Positions 8,817 through 19,699 of a stretch of 64,000 nucleotides of DNA are shown piece by piece. Under the pieces are notes generated by a model, which worked only from the letters and a program-made list of their open reading frames with translations, made no database searches and was not told the DNA's origin. This stretch comes from Dehalococcoidia bacterium (GTDB lineage: Bacteria > Chloroflexota > Dehalococcoidia > GIF9 > AB-539-J10). Position 1 is the first letter of the stretch, and every line of letters starts with the position of its first letter. The position numbers and the translations under genes are program-made. Location of the stretch: the NCBI GenBank assembly GCA_040766535.1, contig JAXGQG010000002.1, forward strand, positions 64,521 through 128,520. The letters are read 5' to 3'.

Positions 8817-10319
8817 ATGATCCTTGACGTCATAGCTTCGATTGCGCACGTGGAAGTGCTGCTCCCATGGGTGCTGGGGATGCTCCTGGGAGTATTCATC
8901 GGCGCCATCCCGGGGCTGAGCGCTACGATGGCCACGGCCATCCTGGTACCCATCACCTATTATCTCTCTCCGATGGGCGGGCTCGCCATGATACTCGGGT
9001 GTGCCTGCGTCTCCATCTTTGCCGGCGACATACCCGCCACATATCTGCGGGTGCCCGGAACGCCGTCTTCGGGCGCGGCTGTACTCGACGGCTACGAGAT
9101 GACGAAGCAGGGGAAGTCATCGCTGGCTCTGAGACTCGACATCGTCTGTTCCTCGCTCGGTGGCGTGATCGGATTCATCTTGCTGATACTCGGCGCCACC
9201 GCCCTCGCGGCCGTGGCCCTCAAGTTCTCCTTCTACGAGTTCCTGTGGGTTTCGACATTCGGGCTGGCCACATGCGTCGTCATCTCACGCGGCACGATGG
9301 TCAAGGGAGGCATCTCGGTCGCCCTCGGGCTCTTTGTATCGACTATCGGTGTGGATATCGTCACCGGATACCCCCGGTTCACGTTCGGCAATGTCAACAT
9401 GCTCAGCGGCATCAACTTCATCCCGGCGATGATAGGGCTTTTCGGCATCCCCGTCGTCCTCAAGACCATCTTCGCTCCGAGGCGACTTGAGATGCCCAGC
9501 GTGAAGGAGACGAAACACTACTCGATAGCTGACGCGCTGCCCTTCGTCAGGCGGAGCTGGAACTTGATACTGCGCTCCTCGCTTGTGGGGACCTTCATCG
9601 GCAGTCTGCCCGGCGCCGGAGCAGACATCGCAGCCTGGGTCGCCTACGGCATGGCGAAGCGCAACTCAAAGGAGCCGGAGAAGTTCGGCACCGGCCACGA
9701 CGAAGGAGTTATCGCGCCGACAAGCGCCAACAACGCAGGCATAGCGGGCGCATGGATCCCTGCCTTGGCGCTGGGTATCCCCGGCGACTCCATCACGGCC
9801 ATCATCCTGGGGGCATCGATGATCTACGGCCTGCGGCCCGGTCCGCTGATGTTCGTCGGCGCCAGCGGCGAGCTTGTCCGGGGCATATTCGCCATCGGCC
9901 TCATCACGCAATTCATGCTCATCCCCATCGGACTGCTGTCCATCAAGGCATTCAGCAAAGTGTTCAGGCTGCCCAACAGCATCATCATGCCGATGATCCT
10001 CGTGTTCTGCATCGTAGGGTCATATGCGCTCAACTTCAGCATGTTCGATGTCGGCGTGATGTTCATCTTCGGGCTCCTGGGCTTCTACATGGAGCGCAAC
10101 GGCATACCGCTGCCTCCGCTCGTGCTGGCGATAATACTTGGGCCGCTCATCGAGAGGAACCTCCGGCTTGGACTGATGCAGACCGGCGGCAGCCTTCTGC
10201 CGTTCTTCACCAGACCGATTTCCGTCGCGGTGATCGTCGCCATCGTCCTTTTCCTGCTCTGGGGCAAGATATCGCCTCTTCTCGCCAGGATGCGGCGGAA
10301 AGGCAGCACCGCGCCGTAA
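8817..10319 (+). CDS. tctA: Tripartite tricarboxylate transporter large permease (TctA family)
   Basis: About 500-aa polytopic ORF with TctA blocks: GAIPGLSATMATAILVPITY, GTPSSGAAVLDGYEMTKQG, GSLPGAGADIAAWVAYG. AGGAG at 8803 precedes the start; GTG 8811 is an alternative start. Confidence 0.85.
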   Translation: MILDVIASIAHVEVLLPWVLGMLLGVFIGAIPGLSATMATAILVPITYYLSPMGGLAMILGCACVSIFAGDIPATYLRVPGTPSSGAAVLDGYEMTKQGKSSLALRLDIVCSSLGGVIGFILLILGATALAAVALKFSFYEFLWVSTFGLATCVVISRGTMVKGGISVALGLFVSTIGVDIVTGYPRFTFGNVNMLSGINFIPAMIGLFGIPVVLKTIFAPRRLEMPSVKETKHYSIADALPFVRRSWNLILRSSLVGTFIGSLPGAGADIAAWVAYGMAKRNSKEPEKFGTGHDEGVIAPTSANNAGIAGAWIPALALGIPGDSITAIILGASMIYGLRPGPLMFVGASGELVRGIFAIGLITQFMLIPIGLLSIKAFSKVFRLPNSIIMPMILVFCIVGSYALNFSMFDVGVMFIFGLLGFYMERNGIPLPPLVLAIILGPLIERNLRLGLMQTGGSLLPFFTRPISVAVIVAIVLFLLWGKISPLLARMRRKGSTAP

Positions 10320-10539
10320 GCCGGCTACACGGGCTCGACGTGCCGAACCGTCCGCGTGCGACACTGTCGGCGCGAATCCGCTCCGCGCTATGCCATGAAG
10401 CAGGGAGACCCTCGCCGGTAGTTCCGGCGGCTCCAGGCAGGCTCCGCACCCGGACACATGGCCGGCGCACCGCGAGCTGTTGCGCTTCGTGCAAGAGAGG
10501 TCACGCCTCATCTCCTCGTTCGCCATGCCTCTGCTGTTC

Positions 10540-11060
10540 CTGGTCATCCTCGGCGCGTCGATGATCTACGGTCTCCGCCCCGGTCCGCTCATGTTCGCCG
10601 GCGCCAGCGGCGAGCTCGTGCGGGAACTGTTCGCCATCGGCCTGCTGACACAGATCCTCATGGTCCCGGCGGGCTATCTCGCCATCAGAACCTTCGGCAA
10701 GGTCTTCAAACTACCCAACAGCGTCATCATGCCGATGATCCTCGTCTTCTGTATCGTGGGTTCGTACGCACTGAACTTCAGCGTGTTCGACGTCGGCCTG
10801 ATGTTCTTCTTCGGTCTGCTCGGTTTCTACATGGAGCGAAATGGCATCCCGTTGCCGCCGCTCGTGCTCGCCATCATCCTCGGGCCCCTGATCGAGCGCA
10901 ACCTTCGACTTGGCCTGATGCAGACGGGCGGCAGTCTGCTGCCGTTCTTCACACGGCCGATCTCCATCATCGTCATCATCGGCATCGTCGTCTTCCTCGG
11001 CTGGAATCAACTCTCCGCGCTCTGGCGAAAGCTGAAGGGCTCCGGGGGCAGTGCCACCTC
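10540..11060 (+). pseudogene. Truncated paralogous tctA fragment (C-terminal about 170 aa only)
   Basis: ILGASMIYGLRPGPLMFAGASGELV...FYMERNGIPLPPLVLAIILGPLIERNLRLGLMQTGGSLLPFFTRPIS aligns to tctA residues encoded at about 9800-10300. By eye it is roughly 80% nt identical, with many third-position differences. No N-terminal two-thirds is present. Confidence 0.7.
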
Positions 11061-11169
11061 GCAGGTGGGTCACGCGGTGACGCAGTCCCGCCGCTCCGGT
11101 GAGTGCCGCCGCCTCGTCTCGCCGGGGAGCACCGTGACATCTCCTTTCGTACGCGGTAGCATTGGCATC

Positions 11170-12656
11170 ATGAACACTGCGGCCATGTTAGAGAGGAAGC
11201 TGGAATGGCAGGAGTCTGCGTCGGCACGCACGGCCACGCTCGAGCAATACGAAGGAGCGATGGCCGAGGGTGACTACGATGTGGTGGTCATCGGCGCAGG
11301 CTTTGCGGGTCTGACCGCCGCCATCGAAGCGCACAACTGCGGCGCGTCTGTGCTTGTGCTGGAGAAGATGAAGGCTCCAGGCGGCAATTCCATCATCAGC
11401 GACGGCGGTATCGCGGCAGCCGGCACGGCGCTGCAACGGCGGCTCAACATCGAGGACTCCCCTGAATTGATGTTTCGGGACATGATGCGCGCGGGTATGG
11501 GGTTGAACCACCCGGAGCTGGTCAGGGTGGTTGCCGAGAGCTCCGCGGAGGTGGTTGACTGGTCCGTCGACTACCTCGGGGTGGAATACCTCGACCGGCT
11601 GGACCAGTTCGGTGGCCACTCCGTCGCGCGCTGTTTCACCGCCATGGGCGTCACCGGAGCGACCATCATTCGCCGCCAGGTGGAGAAGCTGCATGAACTG
11701 GGCATCGAACTGAGGCCACAGGCCTGCCTGCAACGCCTGCTCACTGACGGCGCCGGCAGGGTGTGGGGTCTTCAGGTGCGCGAGGGCTTCGTCTACGGAG
11801 ACCCTGAGGAGGGGTGCGATGTCACGCTGCGCGCCCACCGAGCCGTCGTGCTCGCCACCGGAGGCTTCGGCGCGGACATTGCCTTCCGTTCGGTCCAAGA
11901 TCCCAGGTTGACCCGGGACATCGACACCACCAACAAACTGTCGGCCACCGCTGAGGCGCTGGTCGCAGCGCTCCGCATCGGCGCGATGCCAGTGCACCTG
12001 TCACATATCCAGCTCGGCCCGTGGGCATCCCCGGATGAGAAGGGCTACGGCGTCGGCCCGCGGTTCGCTGACTACGTGGTGTTCCAGTACGGCGTGGTTG
12101 TCTCGCCCGTCACCAGTGGGCGTATCGTGAACGAGCTGGGCGACCGGAAGACGGTGGCCGATGCCATCCTCGCCGTGGGCCAGCCCTGCGTTGGCATCGC
12201 GGATGCGCGAGCCGTGAGGGAATCCGGCTGGTCTATCGACCGCTGTCTCGAGAGAGGCGTCGTGCGTCAGTTTGCGGACCTTCATGACCTGGCCACCTTC
12301 TACGAACTGGATGCCCCGGTGCTCGCGTCCACCATCGAGCGATTCAACTGCCATATGGCCGACGGCGCCGACCCGGACTTCGGCAAGCCGGTGATCGAGG
12401 CGTGGCGCCGCTGATGGAGCCACCGTACTACGCGATGCGGCTCTGGCCAAAGGTGCACCACACCATGGGCGGCGTGTGCATCGACACCTCGGCCCGCGTC
12501 ATCAACATCGATGGACAGGTGATCCCCGGCCTGTACGCTGCCGGCGAGGTCACCGGCGGGGTGCATGGCGCCTGCCGCCTCGGGAGCTGTGCCATCACGG
12601 AGTGCCTGGTCTTCGGTCGCATCGCCGGACGAAATGCCGCAGCGGAGTGGGCTTGA
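11170..12656 (+). pseudogene. FAD-dependent oxidoreductase of the fumarate-reductase/flavocytochrome-c flavoprotein type (FAD_binding_2), one frameshift near 12400
   Basis: GDYDVVVIGAGFAGLTAAIEA dinucleotide fold. The C-terminal block HHTMGGVCID...IPGLYAAGEVTGGVHGACRLGSCAITECLVFGRIAG sits in ORF 12402..12656, a different frame from ORF 10480..12414. Confidence 0.75.
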
Positions 12657-12888
12657 GGGCTGATCTGACACACCGTGGCGCCCGGACGCACTTGATGCCT
12701 TTGTCGGAGTCGCCCCTCAGTTCGGCACAAGCCGCCTCGGTGGAGACGCGGGACCGTGGCGCGAGACCGGGTGTAGTATCATGGAGCGCGCGGCGCTCAA
12801 TCGAGAGACCGGGCATATCCCTGGGCTCACGACTGCGGATGAGTGCCATGTCAGTCACATGCACTACTTGTGCGAACAGGAGGAGATA

Positions 12889-13968
12889 ATGGGAGACCAG
12901 TATCCGAAGTTCAAAGCAGCCGCAGTACAGACATCGCCTGTCTTCCTCAACCGGGAGGCGACGACCGAGAAGGCATGCCAGCTGATACACGAGGCCAGCC
13001 GCAACGGAGCCAAGCTCGTAGCGTTTCCGGAGACCTTCATCCCCGGGTATCCCTACTGGATCTGGCTCGACTCGCCGCTCAAGTACAGTGACTGGTTCAC
13101 ACGCCTCTTCAACGAGGCTGTCGAGATTCCCAGTCCCACCACGGACGCACTCTGCCAGGCTGCCAGGGCCGCCGACATCTATGTAGTCATGGGCGTGAAC
13201 GAGAAGATCGCCACCAACATGGGCACGATGTGGAACACCAACGTGGTCATCGACCGCCACGGCACTATTCTCGGAACGCATCGCAAGCTGGTGCCAACCT
13301 TCGCTGAGAAGATGATCTGGTCCCGCGGAGACGGCTCAGGCATGAAAGTCTGGAAGACCGACATCGGTAACCTTGGCACCCTCGCCTGCGGAGAGAACAG
13401 CAACACCCTGGCCCGCTACGCACTGCTGGCGCAGGGGGAGCAGGTGCATGTGGCCAACTACCCGTCGCTGGGCCTCGGCTCCAAGCTGGGGCAGAATACG
13501 TGGATACATCTCAGGGCAGGCGCCCACGCCTGCGAGGGCAAGCTGTTCACCGTGGTCTCAACCAGCACGGTGGGTCAGGACATCGTCGACGTGCTGGGCG
13601 ACACCGAGGAGCACCGCAAGTTCCTGACCGACGCCAACGCATACAGCGCCATCTACGGACCGAACGGCGAGGTGCTGGCGAGCATCGAGGGTGAAGAAGG
13701 CATCATCTACGCGGACATCGATATTGAGCTGGAGATCTCCCGCAAGCAGTGGCACGACATCATCGGGCACTACACTCGGATGGACGTCCTCTCGCTGAAC
13801 CTGAACACGGACGCCGACGAGCCGATACGGTTCCTCACTGCCCGACCCTCGGCGCCCAGTGGCGGAGCAACCGACGCCACCGCACGGCTAGCCGACAGAA
13901 CCAGGCGGAGCTGCAGGAACTGCGCAAGGCCATCGCCGAACTCGCGGCGGATGGGAGGGAGGAAGTAG
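12889..13968 (+). CDS. Nitrilase / carbon-nitrogen hydrolase family protein
   Basis: AGGAGGAG lies upstream of ATG 12889. The E-K-C triad context is present: AFPETFIPGYPYW, HRKLVPT, LACGEN. The C-terminal tail is R-rich and looks out of frame. A helical tail (NQAELQELRKAIAELAADGREE) is readable in the ORF 13749..14018 frame, so the true end may be 14018. Confidence 0.8.
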   Translation: MGDQYPKFKAAAVQTSPVFLNREATTEKACQLIHEASRNGAKLVAFPETFIPGYPYWIWLDSPLKYSDWFTRLFNEAVEIPSPTTDALCQAARAADIYVVMGVNEKIATNMGTMWNTNVVIDRHGTILGTHRKLVPTFAEKMIWSRGDGSGMKVWKTDIGNLGTLACGENSNTLARYALLAQGEQVHVANYPSLGLGSKLGQNTWIHLRAGAHACEGKLFTVVSTSTVGQDIVDVLGDTEEHRKFLTDANAYSAIYGPNGEVLASIEGEEGIIYADIDIELEISRKQWHDIIGHYTRMDVLSLNLNTDADEPIRFLTARPSAPSGGATDATARLADRTRRSCRNCARPSPNSRRMGGRK

Positions 13969-14053
13969 CGCCATCCCCATGCGCAGGAGTAGATGGGGCG
14001 CTTCGCTCAGCGCAGTAGACGTGCGGTCAGCACTACTTCGTGCGAAGGACCAT

Positions 14054-14085
14054 AAAGGGGCGCCGTCACGGGCGCCCCTTTCATT
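14054..14085 (+). terminator. Rho-independent terminator-like hairpin after the nitrilase
   Basis: AAAGGGGCGCC-GTCAC-GGGCGCCCCTTTCATT, a perfect GC stem flanked by an A-run and a T-run. Confidence 0.6.
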
Positions 14086-14128
14086 CGGCAGCGAGAACGA
14101 GCTCAAGCCCTGGCAACGGAGGAGAGAG

Positions 14129-14452
14129 ATGTTCTTCAAGTATCCGGAGGATTTCACCCGCGTCCACTACAAGCCAGGAGAAGAAGCGCAGTACGTCTGG
14201 GGAGAGGAGATGCTGCTGGGAAGAATGATCATCAACTCGGAGCCGGGACCCAGCACCCACACCTGCGCGCAAATCAGCCTCGTGCTGAAGGGAGAGTTCG
14301 ACTTGGAGATAGGCAGTGAGACGAAGCGTCTCTCGCAGGGGGACGCCTTCTACGTGCCTGCTGGTGTCCGTCACAGCGTCTCACGCGTCGTGTCCGCGCC
14401 CGTTGAGATCATCGATATCTGGCCCGTTAGCGGCCCGAACGTCCCGTCGTAG
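14129..14452 (+). CDS. Cupin domain protein
   Basis: GGAGGAG lies upstream of ATG 14129. About 107 aa with cupin-like motifs (HTCAQISLVLKGEFDLEIG...GDAFYVPAGVRHS). Confidence 0.7.
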   Translation: MFFKYPEDFTRVHYKPGEEAQYVWGEEMLLGRMIINSEPGPSTHTCAQISLVLKGEFDLEIGSETKRLSQGDAFYVPAGVRHSVSRVVSAPVEIIDIWPVSGPNVPS

Positions 14453-14599
14453 CTCCGTTAGCGCCCGAGCAGGAGGCGCTTGAATCGATGAGCGAGAGAT
14501 GAGACTACCACCACGAGACTGCCGCAAGTCCGGCAGGGTTCGGCGCAATCAGACAACCGATGCAATGCACCGACGGACCCGGGGGTGCGCGTTGTGGGA

Positions 14600-15118
14600 C
14601 TACCCGGCTTTTCTCCACACCCCAAGCTGTCTCAGCGCAACGCTCAGCAGAAGGATGAGACTGACCGAGTAGAAGATTGCGAAGCCTGTGTGGAGCGGAA
14701 CGTTCAGGCGCGCGAACGTTGCCATCGTGGTTTCGTCCGCAATCCCCATCATCACCTGGTCCTCCACCGTTCCGAAGTCGAACCCGAAGAACACCGCGCC
14801 AACCCAGAACGTGGACAGCCCGGCCACAACCGCAATCACGCGGTCTCTCTTGAGGAGGAAGGCAAACACAGTCCAGATAACGCCGGCTGCCAGGGCAAGA
14901 TACAGGAAGGAATCATAGAGGATGTGCGGGCTGCTGGCCGCGCGAAAGACTGAGAACGTCTGGCGCAGCAAATCGGCGTTGCCGGATTCTATGAACCACG
15001 TCTGGAAGCGGCCAAACATGATGGCGTGCGACGTCAGGAATCCGGCCATGAGTCCCGTGAGCGCGGTGGCGCCACACCACGATATCCAGAACAGCCTTCC
15101 AGGCACCATGCTATTCAT
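14600..15118 (-). CDS. Integral membrane protein, four predicted TM helices (possibly DUF1772-like), function unknown
   Basis: 172-aa ORF with hydrophobic segments and coding-like composition. The family assignment is only a guess. Confidence 0.55.
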   Translation of the reverse strand: MNSMVPGRLFWISWCGATALTGLMAGFLTSHAIMFGRFQTWFIESGNADLLRQTFSVFRAASSPHILYDSFLYLALAAGVIWTVFAFLLKRDRVIAVVAGLSTFWVGAVFFGFDFGTVEDQVMMGIADETTMATFARLNVPLHTGFAIFYSVSLILLLSVALRQLGVWRKAG

Positions 15119-15312
15119 CTCTGTCCCACCTCACCACCCATGATAGCGGCCGCGCCAGGTGCTGTCGATGCCCTTCCACGAGGAAACAGAAGTAGATCCC
15201 ATCCTGGAACGGAAGCACCGTATCAAGCTGAGAAGAAGCCAAGCTCCACTGTCACTGAGTAAGCACCGGATATCTAACCTGCCAGTCACATACATCAGCT
15301 CGATTGATTCGC

Positions 15313-15750
15313 TCATCGACGACGCGTCGGCTGATCAGTCTTCTTTGCGCCGGTCTGCCGCAGGAACGCATTGAGGTCGATGTAGTCTGAATTGCGAGCG
15401 ATCTTTCCATCCCGCAACTGAAGAACCGTGGCTCCTCGCACCGAGAAGCGCTTTCCTGTGGGCTCAAGCCCGGGAACGCTGCTATGCACAAATGCACCGG
15501 TCATAGTCCACTCGGTTGCCGCCCAGTCTCCAACGCCGAAAGTGGACATGGCCTCCATCTTGAAGTCTGCGAGGTCCACGAAGACGGATTGAACCAGCGT
15601 TCTCACCCGCTCCCTGCCCTGCTCGAGCCGGTTCAGAGCGACATCTTCATACACGCAGTCGTCAGTGAATAGAGACACGAGCGCTTCGGAGTCATGCGCA
15701 TTCCACGCTGCAAGGTACTCCTTCACGAGACTGGTTGGATCAGTAGTCAT
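15313..15750 (-). CDS. SnoaL-like / NTF2-fold (ketosteroid-isomerase-like) protein
   Basis: GGAGGGGGAG lies upstream of ATG 15750. The N-terminus LVKEYLAAWNAHDSEALVSLFTDDCVYED is typical of SnoaL-like polyketide-cyclase-fold proteins. Confidence 0.7.
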   Translation of the reverse strand: MTTDPTSLVKEYLAAWNAHDSEALVSLFTDDCVYEDVALNRLEQGRERVRTLVQSVFVDLADFKMEAMSTFGVGDWAATEWTMTGAFVHSSVPGLEPTGKRFSVRGATVLQLRDGKIARNSDYIDLNAFLRQTGAKKTDQPTRRR

Positions 15751-15968
15751 CTCCCCCTCCAGCGACAGCCGCCAGTCAAAGATGTCCTGTCGTCTCCCAT
15801 ACCTGCCAGGCACCCTCCACGGCTCCCGCCTCCGTGCTGGACAGGGCGAGTCCGCGGTGCAGGCGTCACTGCGGTGAGTATACTCCGGCGCAACGAACTG
15901 CGTGCTGCCGGTGCCCGCTGAGTGCAGAGAAAGGCCGGGCGCCTCAGCGCCACGCCTGTAATAGCGAA

Positions 15969-15990
15969 GGGGGGCCCCGCCGCGCCCCCC
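15969..15990 (-). terminator. GC hairpin, probable original dnaN terminator now separated from dnaN by the inserted element
   Basis: GGGGGGC-loop-GCCCCCC hairpin about 25 nt beyond the relic dnaN stop codon inside the left repeat copy. On the minus strand it is followed by TTCGCTATT. Confidence 0.4.
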
Positions 15991-16009
15991 AGTTTAGTGT
16001 TAGTCTCGA

Positions 16010-16040
16010 AATCCAACTACCACTGCACGAACATCGGCAT
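16010..16040. repeat. Left 31-bp direct repeat (att-like), duplicate of the dnaN 3' end
   Basis: AATCCAACTACCACTGCACGAACATCGGCAT is identical to 23017-23047. On the minus strand it encodes MPMFVQW-stop, the last codons of dnaN. Confidence 0.85.
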
Positions 16041-16271
16041 GTCTGCCGTTCCATGCGTACGTGACCTGTGCGGCAAGTTCAATGCTGTGAGAGCTTCATG
16101 AAAGAAGTGCAGGCTGCAGCGCCGAGAGGCAGAGTCAAGTAGACGACGAGAACAAGGAGAGGCTCGGAACAGGGTTGTCAATGGCTGGGGAGTCACCGAT
16201 GTCAGGACAGGCGAGTGCGAGGTCGACTGAAGTCGAGACCGATGCTCGGAAGGTCAAGGCTAGCTCAATCA

Positions 16272-18134
16272 TTAAGACAGCAACGAAAGCACCGATGGAA
16301 GCGGGGATGCGCATGGGTCGCACTCATGGACCTCCAGTGATTTTCGATGCGGAATTCCGTGACAGCCACAGTAACAATGCTGGGTTTCCCCCAGGTCGTC
16401 AGAGGACAAGTGCAGCGGGAAGCTCACCTGACTGCCATCGGACGGTCGGTGGCGCTTGGCATGCTTGAATGTGGTCTGCAAACCGACGGTCAGGTGCTCT
16501 GGCCGCTTGCCATCGAAGGTCTTCCACTGTGAGTATCTGTAACCTTGGGATACTTCCGGTCAGGGTACAATTCGGGCACGCAAACCAGCTCCTGCCTCCT
16601 GGACCATGGGTCGGGTCGGTTGCTCAGTGTGACGAAGACACCAATCGCCGCCTTCTCGTTCCAAGACACCTTTGAGGTCCGTATCTGCGACGCGTTGACG
16701 GCGCCGCTCTTGACCTGTACGACCACGAGCTTCGCCTGCCCGGAGTTGTCGTCGAAAGAACCGAAACACCCCGTCGATGCCGCTGTCTGCGCCCTTGCGC
16801 TTGTCGTGGGCGAGATGGGCGTCAACCATATCCACTGCCCACCACTCGAATTGGTGTCGATTCTGTTCGGCGAGGGCCTGGGCACTCGATAGGTCTTTGG
16901 GCTGGCCTATCACTTCGTATGGGGCCAACTGGCTCTGGAACGTGTCCTGAAGGCGACGTCTCATCAGCGCAATGGCCAGGTGGGTGATGTCGATGCCAAT
17001 CCACCGGCGCTTGAGACGCTCTGCCACAGCGACGGTCGTGCCGCAGCCGCAGAACGGGTCCAACACGACGTCGCCTTCATTACTGCTGGCTGTGATGATG
17101 CGCTCCAAGAAGGCCTTCTGGCTTCTGCGTGGGATAACCCAGGCGCTCGTGGTCCCTGCGATGATGGGAGGAACGTCCGTCACAGGTCCTGTAATGGCAC
17201 TCTCCTGGCATCTCGTCCAGATAGCGCTTGTACTCTGGCATTCCATCGAAGGTGTGACGCAGACGCCCCTCCAGCGCGAATCGCCGCATGTTCTCCCTTG
17301 AGAAGGCCCAGAATCGGCCTTCATGCCGGGCGCACCCCCTTGTACTCCCAATCAGGAGGCGAGGGCGCGTGTGCTCGCTGTCCAAGTCAGCTTCCCACCG
17401 TTCCTTGCGCCCAGCACGTCTCTTCACGCGCCATTCGTACTCAGTGTCTCCACCAAGGCGTGCTGCGGTAAGGTCGCCTCTCCGGAATCGGCGGTCGGTC
17501 CCCTCCTCGACAAGGCGGTAGTCCCTGCTCATGTACGATTCCTCGTACGCTGTATAGACGTCGTTCCACGTCCAGGCCTTCCCCCTGGTGTAGAAGAAGA
17601 TGACATCGTGGATGTGCCCGTGAATCCGTCGACCCTGCTTTGCGTCGCTGTGAGCGCTCGACCTCTTCCAGACGATCTCGCTCCGGTAGTTGTTCGCCCC
17701 AAACACGGCGTCCATCACAAACTTCAGGTAGTGACTTGCGGTGGGGTCACGGTGAAGATAGATACTCCCAGTCGGCTTCAGCACGCGGTGGAGCTCCCAC
17801 CAGACGCTGCGCTACCATCACCAGGTACGCCATCATGTCGTTTTTGGCCCAAGAACGTTCTGAACGCCAGAGCAAATCGGCGAGCTTTCGGGGACCGTTC
17901 GCGACCACGTGCTGATAGGCGGACTCTGAGTCGTAGCCCCAGTGCCAGGTATCTTCGAATGCCGTGATTTGTGCGGCGGAGTCCTCGCCACCCTTCTCCC
18001 GGAACAAGACGTTGTAGTTCGTTTGAGTTGAACGGAGGGTCAAGGTAGATGAGGTCGATGCTCTCGTCTGCGATGTGCTGTCGCAATATGTCGAGGTTGT
18101 CTCCGAAGTAGAGCTTGTTCTTCCAGTCCTGCAT
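16272..18134 (-). pseudogene. Beta-class N6-adenine/N4-cytosine DNA methyltransferase fused to a C-terminal restriction-endonuclease-like (Mrr-type) domain; at least 5 frameshifts
   Basis: The protein is spread over ORFs 17778..18269, 17747..18196, 17080..17784, 16560..17351, 16490..16885 and 16272..16481. Motif IV is DLIYLDPPFNSN near the N-terminus and motif I is VLDPFCGCGTTVAVAE later, which is the beta-class order. The C-terminal block is VVVQVKSGAVNASQIR...AAIGVFVTL. The left end is uncertain. Confidence 0.8.
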
Positions 18135-19699
18135 CGACACCTCCAGACAAGCGGGGAGCTTGCACTGGTTCCACATGCTTGGAGAGTACCCCTCAATAGT
18201 CAGGTGGGTCCCAACTGGGGGCTGACATGGGTTGAACGCGGATGGTAGAGTACGCGGAGTCATGGGCAAACGACGGCAGCCTGCCAGGGTGTACGGAAAA
18301 GCACGCTACTGGCCCGAGGGAGTACAGCCGTACTTGGTGGCTGCCAAGTGCGTCCATGTGGCCATCGAGCACTCGGAAGACCCTGAACGGGCGATTCCAG
18401 CGAATCGTGGATGCCTGGGGCAGACCGGGCTGCCAGGCATTCCTGAGAGAAGATTCGTGTGCCGACCGGCAGAATCATCGGCTGGTTCAAGGCAGCGAAG
18501 CAGGGAGTTCAGTACGAGCCGAAGAGGATTTCACGGCGGGACTGCGGAAGCGATACTCCCAGAGCTTGGACGTGTTGTACCTTCTGGCCTTGATTGACGA
18601 TTTCATTCGAGTAGGCTTCAACCGGCGTCATGAAGGTGAAGGTGGTTCGTGGCAACGCACCGTATCTCGAAACGGCTGTGCTTCCAGGCCACGGCGGGGG
18701 AATACCTGGGAGAGGATTCGGAATTCGGCGACGGCAGGCACCTGCAAATAGGTGACGAGTGTTCGACAGGTCGGCACTAATAGACGGCGTGACAGACCAA
18801 CGCCTGCACCGCAAGTACACAAAGGCATTCAAGCACTTCGGCATGCGGCTGACCCACGATAGCAGGATTCGACACCGCATGGTACTGGTATCAGTGCCGT
18901 GTCGTGTACTCCGGCCGGAAGAGTTCTGCATCAAGCATCAACTGAAGACAGGAATAGAGGTTCTGCCGTCCAACATCGTCAAGCTTAGTCCTCCTGCGGA
19001 CATCGCGATGGGTATCCCAGGAAAGGGCTTGGTCCACAGGCCGGCGACAAAATCAGCAACCGTGAGCTTGTCAAAGGGCTGGCATGGCTTTCTTGTACAA
19101 GAAATGTATAGTCGCTGGGCAGAGGATGACTGACAGACTGACCGCGGAAAGTGCGGCGAGCTGCAAGGTCAGCTTCAGCATTGAAGTGCGGGCAGCATCT
19201 GCGAAAACGGCAGGACAGCAAGCCTGAGCTGTTCAACAGGCTCGTCAGCGGGGCCCAGGGCCGGGGCACGTGTACAGCAGACGCGCCCCAACAGCGCCAG
19301 GTAGTACAGCGGCGCGGACAGAAGGAAGAGAGGCGGGTAGTGACCTTCGGCCTGCCGCCTGTTCCGTCTGCCACAGGCCCCGCTCCCAGTCAGGCAAAGG
19401 CACGACCACGCAGGGCCGGAAAGGAGCGGTCGTAATGGACCGGCTCCCACCCGTGTCCAGGCACGGCTCGACGCCGGGAGCGGTAGTCCCGCACGGGTGA
19501 CCGAGACCCCGGCCGGGATTGACACCTCAAACAGGCGCGACCGCCGACTGGTCAACGTGCTCCTGAGTCGGAGACCATCCCATGCGCCTCTGTCTTCAGC
19601 ATATAGGCGCATATCTCACCACTACAACGGTATGGATTTCGGGCCAAGGTGGCTGCGGTGCCAGGTGCGCAGGGCGTCGCGATGTACGGGTCCGTCGCT

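Noticed and set aside
10480-11169. Treating the ORF-track start at 10480 as the start of an independent small TctA-like gene
   Set aside because: Homology to tctA begins only at about 10540 and covers just the C-terminal third of the family. It is therefore reported as a fragment with a possible fusion, not as a functional transporter gene.
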